Of a stretch of 64,000 bases of DNA, positions 60,469 through 64,000 are shown piece by piece. Under the pieces are notes generated by a model that was given only the letters and a program-made list of their open reading frames with translations, made no database searches and was not told where the DNA came from. A program made the translations under genes and the position numbers. Each line of letters starts with the position of its first letter. The stretch's first letter is position 1. The stretch covers positions 256,001 to 320,000 of the forward strand of contig CAWKMU010000004.1 in NCBI GenBank assembly GCA_963850905.1, written 5' to 3'. This DNA comes from an uncultured Gemmatimonadales bacterium (GTDB taxonomy: Bacteria; Gemmatimonadota; Gemmatimonadetes; Gemmatimonadales; Gemmatimonadaceae).

Positions 60469-60651
60469 ATGGAACGAGAATCTGAGACGCCGATCCGACG
60501 CGAGCCCGCCGAGGACATGGAAGACATGCGTGATGAGGAACAGCGCGGGGAGCAGCAAGCTGACGGGGCGATGGAGGACGACGAGATCGTCGAGGATGAC
60601 GACGACGCCCCGTTCGAGTCGCCCGAGCGGGAAGCGCGGTTGATGGACTAG
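60469..60651 (+). CDS. Small highly acidic protein (60 aa)
   Basis: AGGAGG RBS; MERESETPIRREPAEDMEDMRDEE...DDDDAPFE. Confidence 0.6.
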   Translation: MERESETPIRREPAEDMEDMRDEEQRGEQQADGAMEDDEIVEDDDDAPFESPEREARLMD

Positions 60652-60787
60652 CTGGAAACGCGAGCCGCACCCGGACGCCCGGCGAATACTCAGCCGCCCC
60701 TAGTCGCTCGGCCACCCCGCTCCGCGACAAACGGCAGCTCGATCACGTCGCTCGGCCCGATAGGCTCGACCTATGGGTTGGTTCTTT

Positions 60788-60846
60788 AACGTCTAGCGCC
60801 CGACATCTGGCGTCCAACGTCTAGCGTCCAACGACCAACGTCTAGC
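60788..60846. repeat. (YARCGTC)n heptamer array
   Basis: aacgtct agcgccc ... ggcgtcc aacgtct agcgtcc aacgacc aacgtct agc. Confidence 0.7.
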
Positions 60847-60847
60847 C

Positions 60848-61391
60848 TTACCCGCACGCGATCCGCACGCTGAGGCGGCGCGCGTTGAAGGGAATACTGG
60901 CCTGAAAGGTACTCACCGAGTCCCCGGCGCTCGCTTCCTGCAGCGTGAGATCAGCAGTGCCGCGCACACGATCTCGAGTCACGGCATCGAACGAGACGCG
61001 CGCGAAGTCCAACCGCTCACAGCTACGGTCCTTCTTGCAGTAGGAAGCGAGCCCGCCACTGGCGGCCTGTCGTAGCAGAAACGTGTGGCCGGCGAGCGTC
61101 GACCACCCGCGCCAAATTGGAGATGGTGACGTACGGTGGCTTGACCCCCTCCCCCATCGCGATTCGCGCGGCTCGCCCACCAAAGAACAGCGTCACGGCC
61201 GGCCCATCATTCGGTGCACACGCCTCCTGGAAATAGCTGGAGTCGAGTGCGAGTGAATCGGGGCCAGCGTGCGCCCGTTGTAGGGCGTACGCCTGCGGTG
61301 GGCGGGGCGTGGCCATGCCGCACAGCATGACGCCACAAGCCAGGGCGCCGGCCCACGCCACACGGCGGTATAGCCTGGTCGGGTTCCGCAT
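60848..61391 (-). pseudogene. Hypothetical secreted Cys-containing protein, +1 frameshift near 61117
   Basis: Signal peptide; ACAPNDGPAV...YVTIS joins IWRGWSTL...YCKKDRSCE...IACG* after removing one base. Confidence 0.55.
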
Positions 61392-61599
61392 ATGTACATA
61401 GACGACCGACCCTGCCTCGATTGCACGGGAGCCGGGGACGGGATCCGGGACGCCAGCTTCCCGCTGCCAGTTCAACCTTCCGCTACCCCGCACTATCCAA
61501 CGATAGGGAGGGGCATGGACGCTGGTTTCCATGGGAGGGAGTTGCGTGCCAGTCGGTTTGTTCAGCGGCGTGCCGCGCACCCTGGTCCTGCTATTCGCA

Positions 61600-61848
61600 T
61601 GGACCGTACCTGGCGTTGCCCACACACCACCCCGCGCGGTCATCCGCACCCGCATGTTCTACCTGCCCGACAGCGCGCATCGGAAAGAGCTCATGATCAT
61701 CTACGTGAAGGCTCTCACGAGCGGAGACCTGAAGGGACGGGCGTTGCCGGCGGAGTCGCCCGGTGTCGACTGGCCGGATCTGTCCCGCGAGGTTGTCGAA
61801 GAGGCACAGCGGGACGTACGCATCCAGACACCTGGCGGCCACGACTGA
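61600..61848 (+). other. Possible short ORF or 3' gene remnant
   Basis: GC3-rich codons for RMFYLPDSAHRKELMIIYVKAL...; no clear start or RBS. Confidence 0.3.
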
Positions 61849-61935
61849 GGCGCATTATAGAGGCTGCATGTCCGGGTCGCTCTGGCACCAACGGAGCGCG
61901 ATCGGGTTTGGTGGAACCTCGGCCGGAGTTATTGA

Positions 61936-63255
61936 ATGCGCCTCTCGATTCGGAGCATTGCGCCCCGCACCCTCGTGGCCATGTCGCTGCTCGTGCGTCT
62001 CGTTTCTGCGCAAGCAGCGCCCGAAAAAACGGGCCACAGCCATAACATGCACGAGGTCTCCCACCTCGAGCTCGGACCGTTCATGACTGTCGGAGGGATC
62101 GCGATCGAGCAGGAACTCAGCCGACCGTACGTCTACGTCGACCGCTGGCACGACCAGGATGGGTTCGACGTGTTGGACATCAGGGACCCGGCAGCGCCCA
62201 AAGTGATCGCGCGATGGCGCATCGAGCACCCCGAACGACATCGCCTCTCGCGCGGCGAGACGGGGAAGTACTTCAAGACGCGCGGTCGGTACTACTACAT
62301 CAAAGCGACCGAGTTCGAGAGCGGGACCCTGGACTCCGACCTCGGGGCGATCGTCGTCGACGTCACCGATCCGAGCGCACCCAAGGAAGTGGGCCGTATT
62401 CGCTCGCCGGAGTTCATGGACGGATTCGTGAATGTCTTTCCGTACCGGCATTCTGATGGCCGGATGCTGGTCTTCGCCGCCGTGCGCACCTTCCCCGATA
62501 CAATGGCGCCGCACGCCAACGTGTACGACATGGACCGATTCCTCGCCGGCGACCCCAAGCAGGGGCTCATCGGTATTGTTCCGATGCCCAACGCGGAGCA
62601 TGGTGTCGGTCGTGGCTACCACAATGTGCACGTCGAGCGCGACGCCGCGTCGGGACAGGACCGCTTCTACGGCGCCGGCAACGGCGGCTTCTACCTGTTC
62701 AACGTGACACACCCCGAAACGCCAACGCTGATCACGAGCATTCCCAATCCCAATGGCGTTCCCGCGGCGCGGGCGCACACGATCGTGCCGACGCCGGACG
62801 GCCGCTACGTCGTCACGCAGATGGAGGTGCAGTTCTCGCCGCTCATGATCTTCGACCTCGACTCCGTGCTCCGCAGACCCGGCGCGGAACCCGTCACCGT
62901 GCCAGTCGGCGTGTGGACGGCCGATTGGCACGACCTCCCGCACAACCATCAGGTCCGGTGGCCGTACGTCGTCGACGCGGCGTACGAAGATGGACTCCAG
63001 ATCCTGGACATCCGCGATCCGACGCATCCCAAGACCGCCGGGTGGGCGTACACCTGCGGGTGTCAGCACATGACCGGGTACGTCGACGAACAGCACATCC
63101 ACGGACCCAGCGTTTTCAGCGGCGCCATGGAGGCCGACGTCCGCAACGCCGATGGCCTCATCGTGGTGAGCGACTTGAACACCGGCTTCTGGGCCTTCCG
63201 CATGGACGGCTTCGGCCCCTTCAAGAGCGGCGGTCAACCCCCACCCAAGACGTAA
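61936..63255 (+). CDS. Secreted LVIVD-repeat protein
   Basis: VLDIRDPAAPKVI, VVDVTDPSAPKEV, FNVTHPETPTLI and ILDIRDPTHPKTA repeats; signal peptide. Confidence 0.85.
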   Translation: MRLSIRSIAPRTLVAMSLLVRLVSAQAAPEKTGHSHNMHEVSHLELGPFMTVGGIAIEQELSRPYVYVDRWHDQDGFDVLDIRDPAAPKVIARWRIEHPERHRLSRGETGKYFKTRGRYYYIKATEFESGTLDSDLGAIVVDVTDPSAPKEVGRIRSPEFMDGFVNVFPYRHSDGRMLVFAAVRTFPDTMAPHANVYDMDRFLAGDPKQGLIGIVPMPNAEHGVGRGYHNVHVERDAASGQDRFYGAGNGGFYLFNVTHPETPTLITSIPNPNGVPAARAHTIVPTPDGRYVVTQMEVQFSPLMIFDLDSVLRRPGAEPVTVPVGVWTADWHDLPHNHQVRWPYVVDAAYEDGLQILDIRDPTHPKTAGWAYTCGCQHMTGYVDEQHIHGPSVFSGAMEADVRNADGLIVVSDLNTGFWAFRMDGFGPFKSGGQPPPKT

Positions 63256-63325
63256 GCCTGGACCGTCTACGCGCTGTCGTTGTAGTCCCCTGACCCCTGA
63301 CCCCTGATCCCTGGCCCCTAATCCC
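63256..63325 (+). repeat. Hairpin-less derivative of the modular REP with (CCCTGAC)n tail
   Basis: GCCTGGACCG...GTCGTTGTAGTCCCCTGACCCCTGACCCCTGATCCCTG. Confidence 0.6.
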
Positions 63326-63330
63326 GCCGG

Positions 63331-64000
63331 TCATTTCACGACGTTGACCGCAATCGCCGGCGTCACCGTGGCTGTCGTGTTCAGCCCGCGCGGGACGAGG
63401 CGTACGCCGAGCAGCACCCCCATGCTCGAGGACCAGTTGTACTCGATCGCCGGCGCGAACGCGAACGCCGCGCTGGCGCCGGAGTTCAGGTGGACGCCCG
63501 GCACGGTCCCGGCGGAGTTGGCGCTCAGCACATCGTAGCCGGAGACGAGGGTTGTCGCGCTCTGCGCGTACACCGCGTCCAGCGCCAACACCCAGTTGCG
63601 GGTCAGACTGTACTCGCCAGCCAGGTCCAGCAATGTCGAGCTGCCAGGGTTCGCGTGCCCGCGGAATCCGGGGTCCGTGCCGTAGACGCTCACGTCGTGG
63701 ACGGTGACGCCGCTCGAGAACGACTGTGACGCGTTGAACCGCGCCCGCAAAATGCGACCGGTCGGCATCCAGAAATAACTCTGGGAATAGAATGACACGG
63801 TCGTCGCGAATGCGCCGGCGCCCAGCCCATCGCTCGGTCGATCACCCAGTCGGTCGTACTTCCCCGTCGGGAAGGTCTCCTCGAGGTTGATCGACATCGT
63901 CGGCACCCAGCTGCCGGGATGGAACTGCGTGAGCCGGAACTGCCCCATCAGCGAGAAGTCCCCCAGACCAACTCCGGAGCTGCTCGGTCCATCGCTCACC
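63331..64000 (-). CDS. Outer-membrane beta-barrel transporter (MetA-pathway/SphA-like), 5' truncated by window edge
   Basis: GLGD, PTGKYD and alternating beta-strands; frame open to the window end. Confidence 0.7.
   Translation of the reverse strand, partial: VSDGPSSSGVGLGDFSLMGQFRLTQFHPGSWVPTMSINLEETFPTGKYDRLGDRPSDGLGAGAFATTVSFYSQSYFWMPTGRILRARFNASQSFSSGVTVHDVSVYGTDPGFRGHANPGSSTLLDLAGEYSLTRNWVLALDAVYAQSATTLVSGYDVLSANSAGTVPGVHLNSGASAAFAFAPAIEYNWSSSMGVLLGVRLVPRGLNTTATVTPAIAVNVVK

Overview
High-GC bacterial chromosomal segment. The gene repertoire points to Gemmatimonadota (inference): paralogous SusC/RagA-SusD pairs, an ADOP-type duplicated ABC permease, BlaI-M56, TPR-tailed Hanks-type Ser/Thr kinases and a BTAD regulator. 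About 55 CDS cover outer-membrane uptake, peptidases and amidases, stress proteins, AlkB-type repair and signalling. I found no rRNA, tRNA, CRISPR array or intact transposase. Main non-obvious signals: (1) five frameshifts between 36.7 and 47.9 kb share one context, + strand CRGAATGW where CRGATGW restores the frame. This suggests a systematic error at a modified-base motif rather than real pseudogenes. (2) A modular, single-orientation GTAG-type REP element supplies the stop codon and an xDR* tail to several unrelated proteins. (3) A hidden BTAD regulator - membrane kinase - lipoprotein (C-terminal WVSCGGGCC) module sits near a second kinase-patatin pair and a nucleoside-phosphorylase-fold gene. 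(4) A SusC plug-like motif is inserted in the M56 protein, with a clear double TGCTAA-N4-TTAGCA operator upstream of blaI. All family calls are by eye from motifs; no searches were run.
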